A stretch of 62,910 nucleotides of DNA, the filler included, from Octopus bimaculoides (taxonomy: Eukaryota), in assembly GCF_001194135.2 (NCBI RefSeq). It is 6 parts of 5 records of this genome, joined end to end, with 100 filler letters (N's around TTAATTAATTAA, not from the genome) between each part and the next. Parts side by side here need not be neighbours in the genome. Positions count along the whole stretch, not along the records: positions 1 to 21,462 come from NC_069010.1; 5 more parts are not named here. The stretch is one strand, 5' to 3'. The notes below the pieces were generated by a model, which saw only the letters and a program-made list of their open reading frames with translations, was not told the origin of the DNA and made no database searches. Each line of letters starts with the position of its first letter. The first letter of the stretch is position 1. The position numbers and the translations under genes are program-made. Positions 1 through 12,227 of the stretch are shown here, piece after piece.

Positions 1-65
1 CACATATACACATATATATATACATAAACATTTATATATACATATATATGTTTGTATATCCATAT

Positions 66-102
<37 letters not shown>

Positions 103-739
103 CATATACACACATACATATATCTCATTTATATTCTGATCCCTGTTCTGTGTGAGTATGCCCAGCATTTTGCCACCGTCTCTATCCTGCCGCCTCCCAT
201 TCTTTCTCTGCTTCTCCTGCACTTCCCTCAGGTTGGGCAATTGTCCATTTCCTTTGCGGTAGCACCCCTGTTTCTGTCTTCACCCTGCCTGATCTTTCTT
301 TCTTGAGCCAGGTAACCTCTACAGCAAGACACCTGTGTGCGTCTCACTATAACCTTTTCATCATCCAATACAAAGATCACCTCCTCCAATGCCTCTTTCA
401 CCCTTGAAAGGTTTTATTCCTTGCTCTTTGAAGTACTTGGTGACCCTGTCAGTGCAGGTGCCACTTAGAAGCACCCAGCCCACACTGTAAAGTGGTTGGT
501 GTTTGGAAGGGCATCCAGCTGTAGAAAACTTTGCCAAAACTGACCTCACCTGTGCTTGTGCCACGAAAAAAAAAGCACTAGGTCCACATTGCTGGGTGGT
601 TGGTGTTAGGAAGGGCATCCAGCCATAAAAATCCTGCCAAAAACAGATATACAGAAGTCTGTTGCAGGCTTCGGCATAGCGAGCGCTAGTGAAACTGTAC
701 CAACCACACTAGCATGGAGATTAAACGATGATGATGATG

Positions 740-806
<67 letters not shown>

Positions 807-1238
807 NNNNNNNNNNNNNNNNNNNNNNNNNNNNNNNNNNNNNNNNNNNNNNNNNNNNNNNNNNNNNNNNNNNNNNNNNNNNNNNNNNNNNNNNNNNNNN
901 NNNNNNNNNNNNNNNNNNNNNNNNNNNNNNNNNNNNNNNNNNNNNNNNNNNNNNNNNNNNNNNNNNNNNNNNNNNNNNNNNNNNNNNNNNNNNNNNNNNN
1001 NNNNNNNNNNNNNNNNNNNNNNNNNNNNNNNNNNNNNNNNNNNNNNNNNNNNNNNNNNNNNNNNNNNNNNNNNNNNNNNNNNNNNNNNNNNNNNNNNNNN
1101 NNNNNNNNNNNNNNNNNNNNNNNNNNNNNNNNNNNNNNNNNNNNNNNNNNNNNNNNNNNNNNNNNNNNNNNNNNNNNNNNNNNNNNNNNNNNNNNNNNNN
1201 NNNNNNNNNNNNNNNNNNNNNNNNNNNNNNNNNNNNNN

Positions 1239-1298
<60 letters not shown>

Positions 1299-1977
1299 TT
1301 ATATACACATACATCTATATACACATATATATACATACACATATGTGTGTGTGTGTATTCACACATGTATGACTGCGTGTTGTGTGCAATATAAACTGAA
1401 TGTGTGATAGAAATTAAAATGAGGTCGTGTGTGTGTGTGTATGTGCGTCTATGCTTCTGTGTGTGTGTGTGTGTGTATTAGTCTGTGATATAAATTCAAT
1501 GTCTGCTTGTGTGTGTGTGTGTGTGTGTGTGTGTGCTAGACTGGAGAGTGATTGTGTGAAGAGAGCCTGATAGATGAATAGATAGGTGGTTAGACGAAAA
1601 TCGATTGAATAACAAACAGATAGCTAGTTATATAGGGTAGGAAGATCGATAGAAAGACGAAAATGGAAAAGATAGATGGAGAAATTGAGGAACAGACAGG
1701 CAGACAGACAGACGAACACCTACATACACATATGCCACACACACACACACACATACACAGATAAATTAACAGATACCTACATACACACGTATACACCCAG
1801 ATAGATTAACAGGCAGAGATATAGACGAACGTACACATAACATGTACACATACACATACATACACACGAACATATATGGTTACATACATACGTATACACA
1901 CAGATTACAGTCAGATACGCGCACACATGTAAGTACACGCACACACCCACATTATATACCAACATACACACAGTTAC

Positions 1978-2045
<68 letters not shown>

Positions 2046-3253
2046 TGTCATCATTATCATTTAACGTCCGTTATATATATGTTCGTCTAATATCTATATA
2101 CATGTGTGTGTGTATGTATAATATATATANNNNNNNNNNNNNNNNNNNNNNNNNNNNNNNNNNNNNNNNNNNNNNNNNNNNNNNNNNNNNNNNNNNNNNN
2201 NNNNNNNNNNNNNNNNNNNNNNNNNNNNNNNNNNNNNNNNNNNNNNNNNNNNNNNNNNNNNNNNNNNNNNNNNNNNNNNNNNNNNNNNNNNNNNNNNNNN
2301 NNNNNNNNNNNNNNNNNNNNNNNNNNNNNNNNNNNNNNNNNNNNNNNNNNNNNNNNNNNNNNNNNNNNNNNNNNNNNNNNNNNNNNNNNNNNNNNNNNNN
2401 NNNNNNNNNNNNNNNNNNNNNNNNNNNNNNNNNNNNNNNNNNNNNNNNNNNNNNNNNNNNNNNNNNNNNNNNNNNNNNNNNNNNNNNNNNNNNNNNNNNN
2501 NNNNNNNNNNNNNNNNNNNNNNNNNNNNNNNNNNNNNNNNNNNNNNNNNNNNNNNNNNNNNNNNNNNNNNNNNNNNNNNNNNNNNNNNNNNNNNNNNNNN
2601 NNNNNNNNNNNNNNNNNNNNNNNNNNNNNNNNNNNNNNNNNNNNNNNNNNNNNNNNNNNNNNNNNNNNNNNNNNNNNNNNNNNNNNNNNNNNNNNNNNNN
2701 NNNNNNNNNNNNNNNNNNNNNNNNNNNNNNNNNNNNNNNNNNNNNNNNNNNNNNNNNNNNNNNNNNNNNNNNNNNNNNNNNNNNNNNNNNNNNNNNNNNN
2801 NNNNNNNNNNNNNNNNNNNNNNNNNNNNNNNNNNNNNNNNNNNNNNNNNNNNNNNNNNNNNNNNNNNNNNNNNNNNNNNNNNNNNNNNNNNNNNNNNNNN
2901 NNNNNNNNTACCTACTTTTCTATCTATCTATCTGCCTCTGTCTGGCTATGTGTTTGTATATCTATATATCCATCCACCTCCATACATGTCTATCAATTTG
3001 TTTGTCTGGCTATCTATCTATATCTATCTATCTACACAGCTAGCTAGCTAGCTAGATAGATACAAACACACAGCTAACTGTATGCCTATATACCTTGCTA
3101 TCTGCCTTTTTATCTGTCTGCCCTCCTCTCTCTGCACACATATCTGTCTATCTCTCCCTTCTCGTCTGTCAGTCTATCCGTCCGTCCTTCTCTTTGTCTT
3201 TCTCACTCTCACTCAATCTGTTTGTCTCTATCTACATATCTCTTTGTCTGTGT

Positions 3254-3287
<34 letters not shown>

Positions 3288-3621
3288 TTATCTTTCACCG
3301 TGTCTGTCTAGTGAGCTAAATAGCTGGTGTTGTTTATCTACTTCACCTACCTATTTTTCATGTGTCCTACTAGTAAGGTAGTTACACACGATTTATCTAT
3401 CTATCTATCTATTTTGGTCTATATAGTCAGCCTTGTCTCGCCAAGTCGTTGCTGTTTTAGCCCTAGGTCGACCCGATTCCAGCAAAACGATGATCAGAGG
3501 CATTGCGATCGTGCCTTGCATTTTGTTTGTTTGTTTGTTTGTTTAGGTGTATGTAGATATACACAACCCATGTCTTCTATTGTTATTGTCGAGATAGACA
3601 GACAGATTGATAGATAGATAC

Positions 3622-3694
<73 letters not shown>

Positions 3695-4489
3695 GAGAGA
3701 TAAGTAGGTAGATCGATCGATCGATAGATAGATAGATAGATCGATAGAGATGGATATGTGTATGTAAATATATGTGTATGTGTCTATATATATACATAGT
3801 GTCTGGATGTATATGTGTGTGCGTGATCAAACACCACCACAAACAAACAAATATACAATACAAAACGATCAAAAAGGTTAAACACCCTTACAAAGGCATA
3901 TACGAGATCGGCGAGGGTGACATTGACATAATTAAGGGTCAGGTAGAAAATCGGGTGGGTTAAAACAAGGGTGGAAGGTAAAAACAATCAGGATTTACCT
4001 GGAAAAGGGTTCGAATTAACAAAAGAAAGTATCCCAGCCTCGTTATTGTTTGATAAAGATCTTTAAAATATGGGGCGGTGTATTGCGACAGTTGTTCCTT
4101 GTGAAATGTGTACCGGGCTTTGGTTTACGGAATCTGGGTTCTGCGGTGTTCTTCTGTGACTGGGGTTTATGATGTTGCAATGAAGGGAATGGGTATGAGC
4201 TGTAGTAGCGGTGGTAGTAGCTGTAGTAGTGGTGGTAGTAGCTGTAGTAGTGGTGGTAATAGTACGTACTAATAGTAGTTGCAGTAGCAACTGCATAGTA
4301 GTAGTAGTAGTAGTAGTAGTGATTGTAGTAGCAGCAGCAGTATTAACTGTAATAGTAGTAACAGCAGTAGCCAGTGATGAGTAACTACAGCAACGGTGGT
4401 GGTGGTGGTGGTGGTGATGGTGTTAGTTGTAGTAGTAGTAGTAGTAACAGCAGCACTAGCAATGATAAAGCATTGCGTTATCAGGGCGC

Positions 4490-4840
4490 GTGGATGCGGG
4501 TGGTTTAGTGGTTAGTGTATCGGACTCACGTCCGTAAGATTTGCGGTTTCGATTCCCAGACCAACGACGTGTCGTGTTCTTGAGCTCAACACTTCATTTT
4601 TACGACGTTCCAGTTCGTTCAGGCGGAACGACGTAATGCGTCCCGTTCAGGGCAGGGGTAATAATATTTAACCGCTTCGCACCACTGATGCCGCAATTCA
4701 TTTCTACAGTTGAGTGAACTGCGACGACATGGAATAAAGTGTCTTGCTCAAGAACACAACACAACAGCCCGATCTGTGTGAATCGAACTCACTACCTCAC
4801 GATTGTGAGTCCTACACTCTAACCGTTGAGCCATGCCCCT
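4490..4840. mobile_element. Two tRNA-derived SINE heads in convergent (inverted) orientation
   Basis: + head TGGTTTAGTGGTTAG...GGTTTCGATTCCC at about 4500-4557; - head GGCTCAACGGTTAG...GAGTTCGATTCAC at about 4836-4780. Both are followed by GTGTTCTTGAGC..ACAC. Confidence 0.65.
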
Positions 4841-4875
4841 TCATAGGGATAATATTTATTAGTGTGTGTGTGTGT

Positions 4876-4928
<53 letters not shown>

Positions 4929-5312
4929 AACAATAGGGTAAAAAATTGGATATTAATTAATATCAATTTAATACCAGGTACCTTGCACATTAAAAGAATC
5001 AGGGAGATTCAGAAAAAATATCTGAGATCTAGTCAACCTAGTGGCCTCCTTTATATATACTCGTATATATATTTTTATATAAACATATATATATATATAT
5101 ATATATAAACAATATATGAGTATATGCATATNNNNNNNNNNNNNNNNNNNNNNNNNNNNNNNNNNNNNNNNNNNNNNNNNNNNNNNNNNNNNNNNNNNNN
5201 NNNNNNNNNNNNNNNNNNNNNNNNNNNNNNNATATGTATATATATATATATGTATATATATATATGTATGTATGTATATATCAAAATGTATACATATGTT
5301 TTCTGTTGACAG

Positions 5313-5548
5313 GTTTTGTTGACATCTGGTGGAATGATGGCGACTTGAAACCGTGCCACACCATTCATTGTGGGACAAACATCACAGCCATGTCTCTGAC
5401 ACAGACTCACTCAGACACACTGGTTGCCGTGACGACTGGACCGCACGTAATCTTCGAGGCGGTGGGAAAGAGACACAGAGATGAAAATGGCAACAACAGG
5501 GAGGCGTCTGTGTTTCAACGCCTCCTGAAAGCCGACTTTGGTAATAAG
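5313..5548 (+). CDS. FBXW8: FBXW8-like F-box/WD40 protein, internal exon (first one visible; upstream exons not identified)
   Basis: Acceptor ttgacAG at 5311-5312 and donor GTAGGT at 5549. Open frame FVDIWWNDGDLKPCHTIHCGTNITAMSL...LLKADFGNK. Ends in phase 0, matching the next exon. Confidence 0.7.
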
Positions 5549-6101
5549 GTAGGTGGATGTAATAATAATAATAATAATAATAATCATCATCATCATTTAA
5601 TATCTGTCGTCCATGCTGGTATTGATAGGACAGTTCGACAGGCTGGCAAGCTAGAAAGCTGCACCAGACTCCAGCCTAATTCAGCAAGGTTTTCTATGGC
5701 TGGATGCCCTTCACAACACCAACCATTTTGAGAATGTAATGGGTGCTTTTACATGCTAGTGGCGGCACAGGTGCCGTTTCTGTGACACCGGGGTGTGTTT
5801 ACGTGCCACTGGTATCTGCCACGGCTGCGATTTTGCTCAGCTTGATGGGTCTTCTTCTCAAGCATTACATAATGCCAAAGATCTTGGTTACTGCTTCTGT
5901 GAAGCCCAACACTCGAAAGGAACTCAGCCACTTTGCCTCCGAGTCTCTACCAGCAACTAACTGTTTATATTCTAAAAGTCCCCTATCTTTCTCACTGTCT
6001 GTCTTTCTCTCTCCATGTGTCTGTCTGTCTGTTTGTCTCTTTCTCTCTCTCTCTCTCTCTTCACCGTTTCTTCATTCTTGTGAATGTATCTCTTTGACCA
6101 G

Positions 6102-6392
6102 GTCTCAACAATGAAGTTCTTGCCCAACACCGAAACCTCATGTGCCTTTGACTGCAGGATAGCTGTTGCCACAAAACACGCAGTTAAGATCTATGCACCA
6201 CCTCCCAGCAACAGATGCAGCAGTGGTACAATTAATAATAATAACATCACTCTTGTAGCAGACTCTGAAAATTCTACAGAAGTTCACAATGTGTATGGAA
6301 CGCCCATCACCTGCATGGAAGTTTCCGGAGGAAGTCGGCCGACATTGGCTGTCGGTCTTGGAAGCTCGACCGGTCTTTTTGATGGCTATCAG
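6102..6392 (+). CDS. FBXW8: FBXW8-like protein, penultimate coding exon
   Basis: Pyrimidine tract plus ccAG at 6100-6101; donor GTATTT at 6393. 291 nt (97 codons), phase 0/0: VSTMKFLPNTETS...GTPITCMEVSGGSRPTLAVGLGSSTGLFDGYQ, with WD40-like beta strands. Confidence 0.75.
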
Positions 6393-6729
6393 GTATTTTT
6401 TTATTTTTCATATTTTATCCTTCACTTGTTTCAGTCAGACTGTGGCCATACTGGGGCACCATGTTGAACAGTTCTTTAGTGAAGTGGATCGACCTCCAGG
6501 ACTTATTCTTATTTGAAGTTTGATAGTGTTCTGTCATTCTCTTTTACCAAAATGTTAAGTTACGGGGGATGCAAACACACCAATGCTTGTGGTCAGGCTG
6601 TGATAAAGGACAAACACAGACAAAAAGACACACACACAGGGCTGGCCCTAGAGTTGCTGGTGCCCCAGGCAAGCTGAACTTTGGCTGATGGTCGGGGAAA
6701 TTTCCTTTGTTTTTGTCATGCTCATCTTG

Positions 6730-6954
6730 GCGCCCCAGGCAACTGTTCAAGTTGCTGGTACCTTGAGCCAGCCCTACACACACACACACACACATATTAT
6801 ATACACATTTTCTCTCCTATATTTACAAGTTAAATTCAACCATACAAATTCATAAACTTGTAAATATAGGAGAGAAAATGTGTATATAATATGTGTGTGT
6901 GTGTGAGTAGGGCTGGCTCAAGGTACCAGCAACTTGAACAGTTGCCTGGGGCGC
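6730..6954. repeat. About 100-bp near-perfect inverted repeat in the last FBXW8 intron
   Basis: Arms 6730-6831 and 6855-6954 differ only by one substitution and 2 nt of CA length; 23-nt loop. Confidence 0.9.
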
Positions 6955-7172
6955 AATTTGGAGGCGGGGGAAAGGGGTGAGTCTATTACATCAACCACTG
7001 TCCGATTGGCACTAATTTTATTGACCCCAAAACGTTACAAATTGGTGACTCAACCTCTATTGTATACAAAATAAATCTTAGTCGTTACACATCGTTTTGG
7101 GGTCAATAAAATTAGTGCCAATCGGACAGTGGTTGATGTAATAGACTCACCCCTTTCCCCCCCTCCAAATTG
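6954..7172. repeat. Second, abutting 80-bp near-perfect inverted repeat
   Basis: Arms 6954-7034 and 7093-7172 differ by a single-base indel in a G run; 58-nt loop. The arm is a diverged SINE fragment. Confidence 0.9.
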
Positions 7173-7255
7173 CAGCCCTTGTGGCAAAGTTTGAAACCAT
7201 TACTATTAGGGAAATCATTATAATTAAAATTTTTTTTCTTTTATTTGTGTTCCAG

Positions 7256-7834
7256 GTGAAACTCTATGATTTGAGTTCCGGTAAACCATCCGTGACGTTT
7301 CATGGTCACACTTGGTACGTAAGCTGCATGCATCTGAACAGTGACAGCAATGAGCAGCCGTCGCAATCATCGATAACGTTGGCCACGGGATGTGGTGACA
7401 GGAAGGTGAGACTGTACGACGCTCGGTGCAGATTCCCTGTGATGACGCTGGCTGGACACACACAGAAGATCTCCAGTGTGCAAGCAGATAAATGGAAAAT
7501 CGTGTCGGGGGGAGAAGACGGTGTTGTGACCGTCTGGGATATCCGCATGGCGACTCGGCTGTGGGACTGGCACAATCGACATCCGGTCAGGCTGTGCCGT
7601 TACAATGACCGCTACTTGGTCGTAGCAAATGTGCCGGATGAGAAGTTTGTGGATCCTGATAACGATGGGTTCGCTGACCGTAAGCATAGGGGGTCACTGC
7701 AGGTGTACGACTTTCTCTGTGATGACCAGCAGGCTTTGGTAGAGGCACTGCCCGACATCTGCCGGTCAAGCTATGACCAACTGCATGGGTATGATTATGG
7801 AATCAATTTGGTAACACCTTACGACACCATCTAA
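7256..7834 (+). CDS. FBXW8: FBXW8-like protein, terminal coding exon (WD40 repeats plus FBXW8-type C-terminus)
   Basis: Acceptor ttccAG at 7254-7255; TAA at 7832-7834. Clear WD40 repeats (GHTWYVSCM...LATGCGDRKVRLYD; GHTQKISSVQAD..KIVSGGEDGVVTVWD). The tail ANVP...KHRG..QVYDF..DQ...LP.ICRSSYD...Y...L..PY matches my recollection of the vertebrate FBXW8 C-terminus; not checked by search. Confidence 0.8.
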   Translation: MKLYDLSSGKPSVTFHGHTWYVSCMHLNSDSNEQPSQSSITLATGCGDRKVRLYDARCRFPVMTLAGHTQKISSVQADKWKIVSGGEDGVVTVWDIRMATRLWDWHNRHPVRLCRYNDRYLVVANVPDEKFVDPDNDGFADRKHRGSLQVYDFLCDDQQALVEALPDICRSSYDQLHGYDYGINLVTPYDTI

Positions 7835-8090
7835 CACGGCGCGAAAGAGGAGAAAAATCTGCTTAACCCCCGCCAGGGCCTCGGCCCCTGTATCTAACCC
7901 TTACCCTTCACCTGGACCCTTGAGCAAAAAAAAAAAAAAAATCTGTCAAATGTATTATATATTTATTCACATTCATCACCACTACTACAACTACTACTAC
8001 CACCATCACCACTACTACTACCAATCCTACCACCATCACCACTACCATTATTACCACCATCACCACATATATATATATATATACATATAT

Positions 8091-8252
8091 ACGACGGGCT
8101 TCTTTCAGTTTCCGTCTGCCAAATCCACTCACATGGCTTTGGTCGGCCCGAGGCTATAGTAGAAGACACTTGCCCAAGGTGCCATGCAGTGGGATTGAAC
8201 CCAGAATCCATGTGGTTGGTAAGCAAGCTACTTACCACACAGCCACTCCTGC
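8091..8252 (-). mobile_element. tRNA-derived SINE, family with CCTTGGGCAAGTG (CORE-like) body; other copies at about 10071-10230, 10780-10922, 23801-23925, 25700-25825, 28427-28560 (-) and 53831-53920, 58590-58720, 59758-59825 (+)
   Basis: A/B boxes (GTGGCTGTGTGGTAAG; GGGTTCAATCCC), shared body, and a tail running into (TA)n. Many mutually similar copies in the window. Confidence 0.85.
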
Positions 8253-8359
8253 ACCTATTGATAAAAATAAGTACCAGTGAAACACTGGTGTCGATCCAAT
8301 TGACTGACCCCTACCCGCAAAATTTCAGGCCTTGTGCCTATAGTAGAAAGGATTATTAT

Positions 8360-8600
8360 TATTATTATTAAGGTGGTGAGCTGGCAGAATCGTTAGCGCA
8401 CCAGGAAAAATGCATAAGTCCCATTTCGTCTGTTTTGACATTCTGAGTTCAAATCCCACCAAGGTTGACTTTACTTTTTATCCTTTTGAGGGATCGATAA
8501 AATAAGTACCAGTTACATACTGAAGGTCGATGTACTTGACTTAACCCCCTCTCCCAAAAAATTCCAGGCCTTCTGCCTATACTGGAAAGGATTATTATTA
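8360..8600 (+). mobile_element. tRNA-derived SINE, second family (GAGCTGGCAGAATCGTTAG head, GTCGACTTTGCCTTTCATCC body); further copies at about 26817-27055, 27325-27440, 29078-29230, 39230-39440 (+) and 35590-35780, 59830-60065, 61010-61465 (-)
   Basis: A box TGGCAGAATCG, B box GAGTTCAAATCC, conserved central block and (ATT)n tails. Multiple copies. Confidence 0.85.
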
Positions 8601-10287
8601 TTATTGTTGTTGTAAGACAGCGCCCTACCTTACAATGGCATCTTCTGGTATTTATTTCTAGCAAGTTGATTGACCACATAGAAGCTTGTTCACCGGTTNN
8701 NNNNNNNNNNNNNNNNNNNNNNNNNNNNNNNNNNNNNNNNNNNNNNNNNNNNNNNNNNNNNNNNNNNNNNNNNNNNNNNNNNNNNNNNNNNNNNNNNNNN
8801 NNNNNNNNNNNNNNNNNNNNNNNNNNNNNNNNNNNNNNNNNNNNNNNNNNNNNNNNNNNNNNNNNNNNNNNNNNNNNNNNNNNNNNNNNNNNNNNNNNNN
8901 NNNNNNNNNNNNNNNNNNNNNNNNNNNNNNNNNNNNNNNNNNNNNNNNNNNNNNNNNNNNNNNNNNNNNNNNNNNNNNNNNNNNNNNNNNNNNNNNNNNN
9001 NNNNNNNNNNNNNNNNNNNNNNNNNNNNNNNNNNNNNNNNNNNNNNNNNNNNNNNNNNNNNNNNNNNNNNNNNNNNNNNNNNNNNNNNNNNNNNNNNNNN
9101 NNNNNNNNNNNNNNNNNNNNNNNNNNNNNNNNNNNNNNNNNNNNNNNNNNNNNNNNNNNNNNNNNNNNNNNNNNNNNNNNNNNNNNNNNNNNNNNNNNNN
9201 NNNNNNNNNNNNNNNNNNNNNNNNNNNNNNNNNNNNNNNNNNNNNNNNNNNNNNNNNNNNNNNNNNNNNNNNNNNNNNNNNNNNNNNNNNNNNNNNNNNN
9301 NNNNNNNNNNNNNNNNNNNNNNNNNNNNNNNNNNNNNNNNNNNNNNNNNNNNNNNNNNNNNNNNNNNNNNNNNNNNNNNNNNNNNNNNNNNNNNNNNNNN
9401 NNNNNNNNNNNNNNNNNNNNNNNNNNNAAAAACCAACAATCAAATAAATACATAAAAAAAACAACACAAGTTGAAAACTACCCTTCCCCCAGTTCCCTAA
9501 TCTGACCCCTACATGCACATACAAGATTGAGCTGATGATAAATCTTTTACTGGTTTCAGTCAGTGTAGTGTGGCCTTGCTGGAGCACTGCCTGGAAGAGG
9601 TTTTAGTTGAGCAAAGTAACCTCCAGTAGTAATTGTTTGTTTTCTTTTTGTAGAGAGTCTGGTACACTTATTCTGTTGGCCCTCTTTTGTCAAACTGTTA
9701 AGTTACGGGACAAAAACAAACCAACACCGGTCGTTGAGCAGTGTGGGTAGTGACAGACACAAAGACATAGATATATATACACACATGTATATACATGTGT
9801 GTATGCGTGTGTATATATACATATATATATATACATATGTACATATACATGCTCACACATATATATACATGCATGCATACACAAATATATATACATGCTT
9901 GCATGCATTATATATATACACATATGCATTCATACACATATATACATGCTTGCACACACACACACACACACACACACATGCACGCATACATATACATACA
10001 CACACATATATACGCAACAAGCTTCTAGTTTCTGTCACATACACACACACACACATACATATACATATATACGACGGGCTTCTTTCAGTTTCCGTCTACC
10101 AAATCCACTCACAAGGCTTTGGTCGGCCCGAGGCTATAGTAGAAGACACTTGGCCAAGGTGCCATGCAGTTGGACTGAACCCGGATCCATGTGGTTGCAA
10201 AGCAAATTTCTTAACCACACAACCACACCTATGCAAACAATGAATTGAACCTCAACAATGAGTCAAGGGACTAGAAAATGGTGATAG

Positions 10288-10340
<53 letters not shown>

Positions 10341-11929
10341 GTGAAGGGCTATATTTATCTTATGAGGCTTTAGCTTATTCCTCTCTCTTTGGCATTGGAA
10401 CAAATATATANNNNNNNNNNNNNNNNNNNNNNNNNNNNNNNNNNNNNNNNNNNNNNNNNNNNNNNNNNNNNNNNNNNNNNNNNNNNNNNNNNNNNNNNNN
10501 NNNNNNNNNNNNNNNNNNNNNNNNNNNNNNNNNNNNNNNNNNNNNNNNNNNNNNNNNNNNNNNNNNNNNNNNNNNNNNNNNNNNNNNNNNNNNNNNNNNN
10601 NNNNNNNNNNNNNNNNNNNNNNNNNNNNNNNNNNNNNNNNNNNNNNNNNNNNNNNNNNNNNNNNNNNNNNNNNNNNNNNNNNNNNNNNNNNNNNNNNNNN
10701 NNNNNNNNNNNNNNNNNNNNNNNNNNNNNNNNNNNNNNNNNNNNNNNNNNNNNTATATATATATATATATTTATAATCTCCAAATCCACTCACAAGGCTT
10801 TGGTCGGCCTGAGGCTATAGCAGAAGACACTGACACTCGCCCAAGGTGCCACGCAGTGGGACTGAACCCAGAACAATGTGGTTAGTAAGCAAGCTACTTA
10901 CCACACAGCCACTCCTGCGCCTATATGCCTACATTATGTATATATGTATATACACAAACATATATTCCATCATGCATTGAAATATGCTTCAATTAAATTA
11001 TCTCTCTCGTTTTATAATCATTCAATAAAAAGCAAAAAAGAAAAAATATATAATTTTGAAACTTCAAAAATAGAGAAAAACAAAAATAAAAAAAATAAAC
11101 TCAACAAATGCACAGCAATTTGAAATGAAATTTAACTATTTTGATACAAACCCAAATGTGACCACCCATAGTTAGGTCATACAAACTACTTGTTTCAAAG
11201 TGATCTTAATTAAAACCTGCCATCAAAATTTTTGTGTTAATTAACGACAAACTTATTTTAGTAAATTCTTTGTTAGTTTCAAAATTAATTGAAACAACGT
11301 CAGTGTATTTCATTAGAAACATAATAAAAAACAAAAAGAGTTAAGATCTAAAATAGGGGGCCATATTGTTTCTGTACACAACATGGGTAACAGGTAAATT
11401 CCCCGGGGTACTCTTTATATAGACTTTCAGTAGATGTGGGTGGGTCTAGTTTGACCCAGTTGGTCGATTGCTTCTTTGACCCTTTTCATACCAACCCACC
11501 TGTGACCACCCCCACTGGTCCTATGTCACAAACTTTCTGATCAGGAGTGCAATGTCCTTAACCATCAGGCCACCTGCCCTCATTGAGGTCCTTGTGTTTA
11601 ATAAATGTTGTGCTGACGTCGTTAAAGTAAAAAATAAATTAAGTATTCAGGGTATTAATTACTATCTTGAGTCCTATGGCTCATCTGATCTGCTGGTTGT
11701 CCAATTTCCACAGCATCTGTGTAACCAAGATCCCAACGTTCTCATTTATCAGAGGGCTAGGCTGCTACAGGGTTACCCAGCTACACCAATATGAAATGAA
11801 ATGTTTTGCACAAGAACACAAAATCGCCCAGTTCTGGAATCGAAACCACAGTCTTAGGCTATCACAGGATCACCCACTCACAGCTTGAGTAGAAAGCCAA
11901 ATAAGAAATGAAGTACAGTTCTATATTTA

Positions 11930-12227
11930 AGAGATGAGGAATCATTTACATTATTTACATTTGACGGATATTTGTCCTCATCTTGTTTGTTGTTAACACA
12001 ATGTTTCGGCTGATATACCCTCCAGCCTTCGTCAGGTGTCTTGGGGAAATTTCGAACCTGGGTTCTCATTCCTAACGATGTTACTATTATTATTATATTA
12101 TTATTATTACTATTATTAATCAGGTCGCTGCCGTGAATATGGCGTAGTGGTTAAGAGCGCGGGCTACTAACCCCAAGGTTCCGAGTTCGATTCACGGCAG
12201 CGACCTGATTAATAATAGTAATAATAA
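11930..12227. mobile_element. Head-to-head pair of a tRNA-headed short element whose tail carries a hammerhead-like motif
   Basis: A-box TGGCGTAGTGGTTA and B-box GAGTTCGATTC at 12140-12193. A minus-strand copy continues through an AAT-rich linker into a CTGACGA...GAAAC motif. 38-bp perfect inverted arms at 12101-12138 and 12190-12227. Confidence 0.65.
11995..12040 (-). ncRNA. Type I minimal hammerhead ribozyme-like motif
   Basis: Minus strand: gacac-CUGACGA-a-GGCUG(10-nt loop)CAGCC-GAAAC-AUU-guguu. Stems I and II pair; the stem III C-G pair is broken (C.A). Folded by eye only. Confidence 0.55.

Noticed and set aside
606-3047. Long ORFs of 200-430 aa spanning N runs (also at 8449-9587, 12151-13037, 14326-16944, 19217-20398, 23195-23932, 40725-41422, 44258-45271)
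   Set aside because: They are open only because N translates as X and the flanks are dinucleotide repeats.
12139-12200. Functional tRNA gene
   Set aside because: No acceptor stem, and it runs into an AAT linker and repeat body; a SINE-type head. The same applies to the heads at 4500 and 8370.
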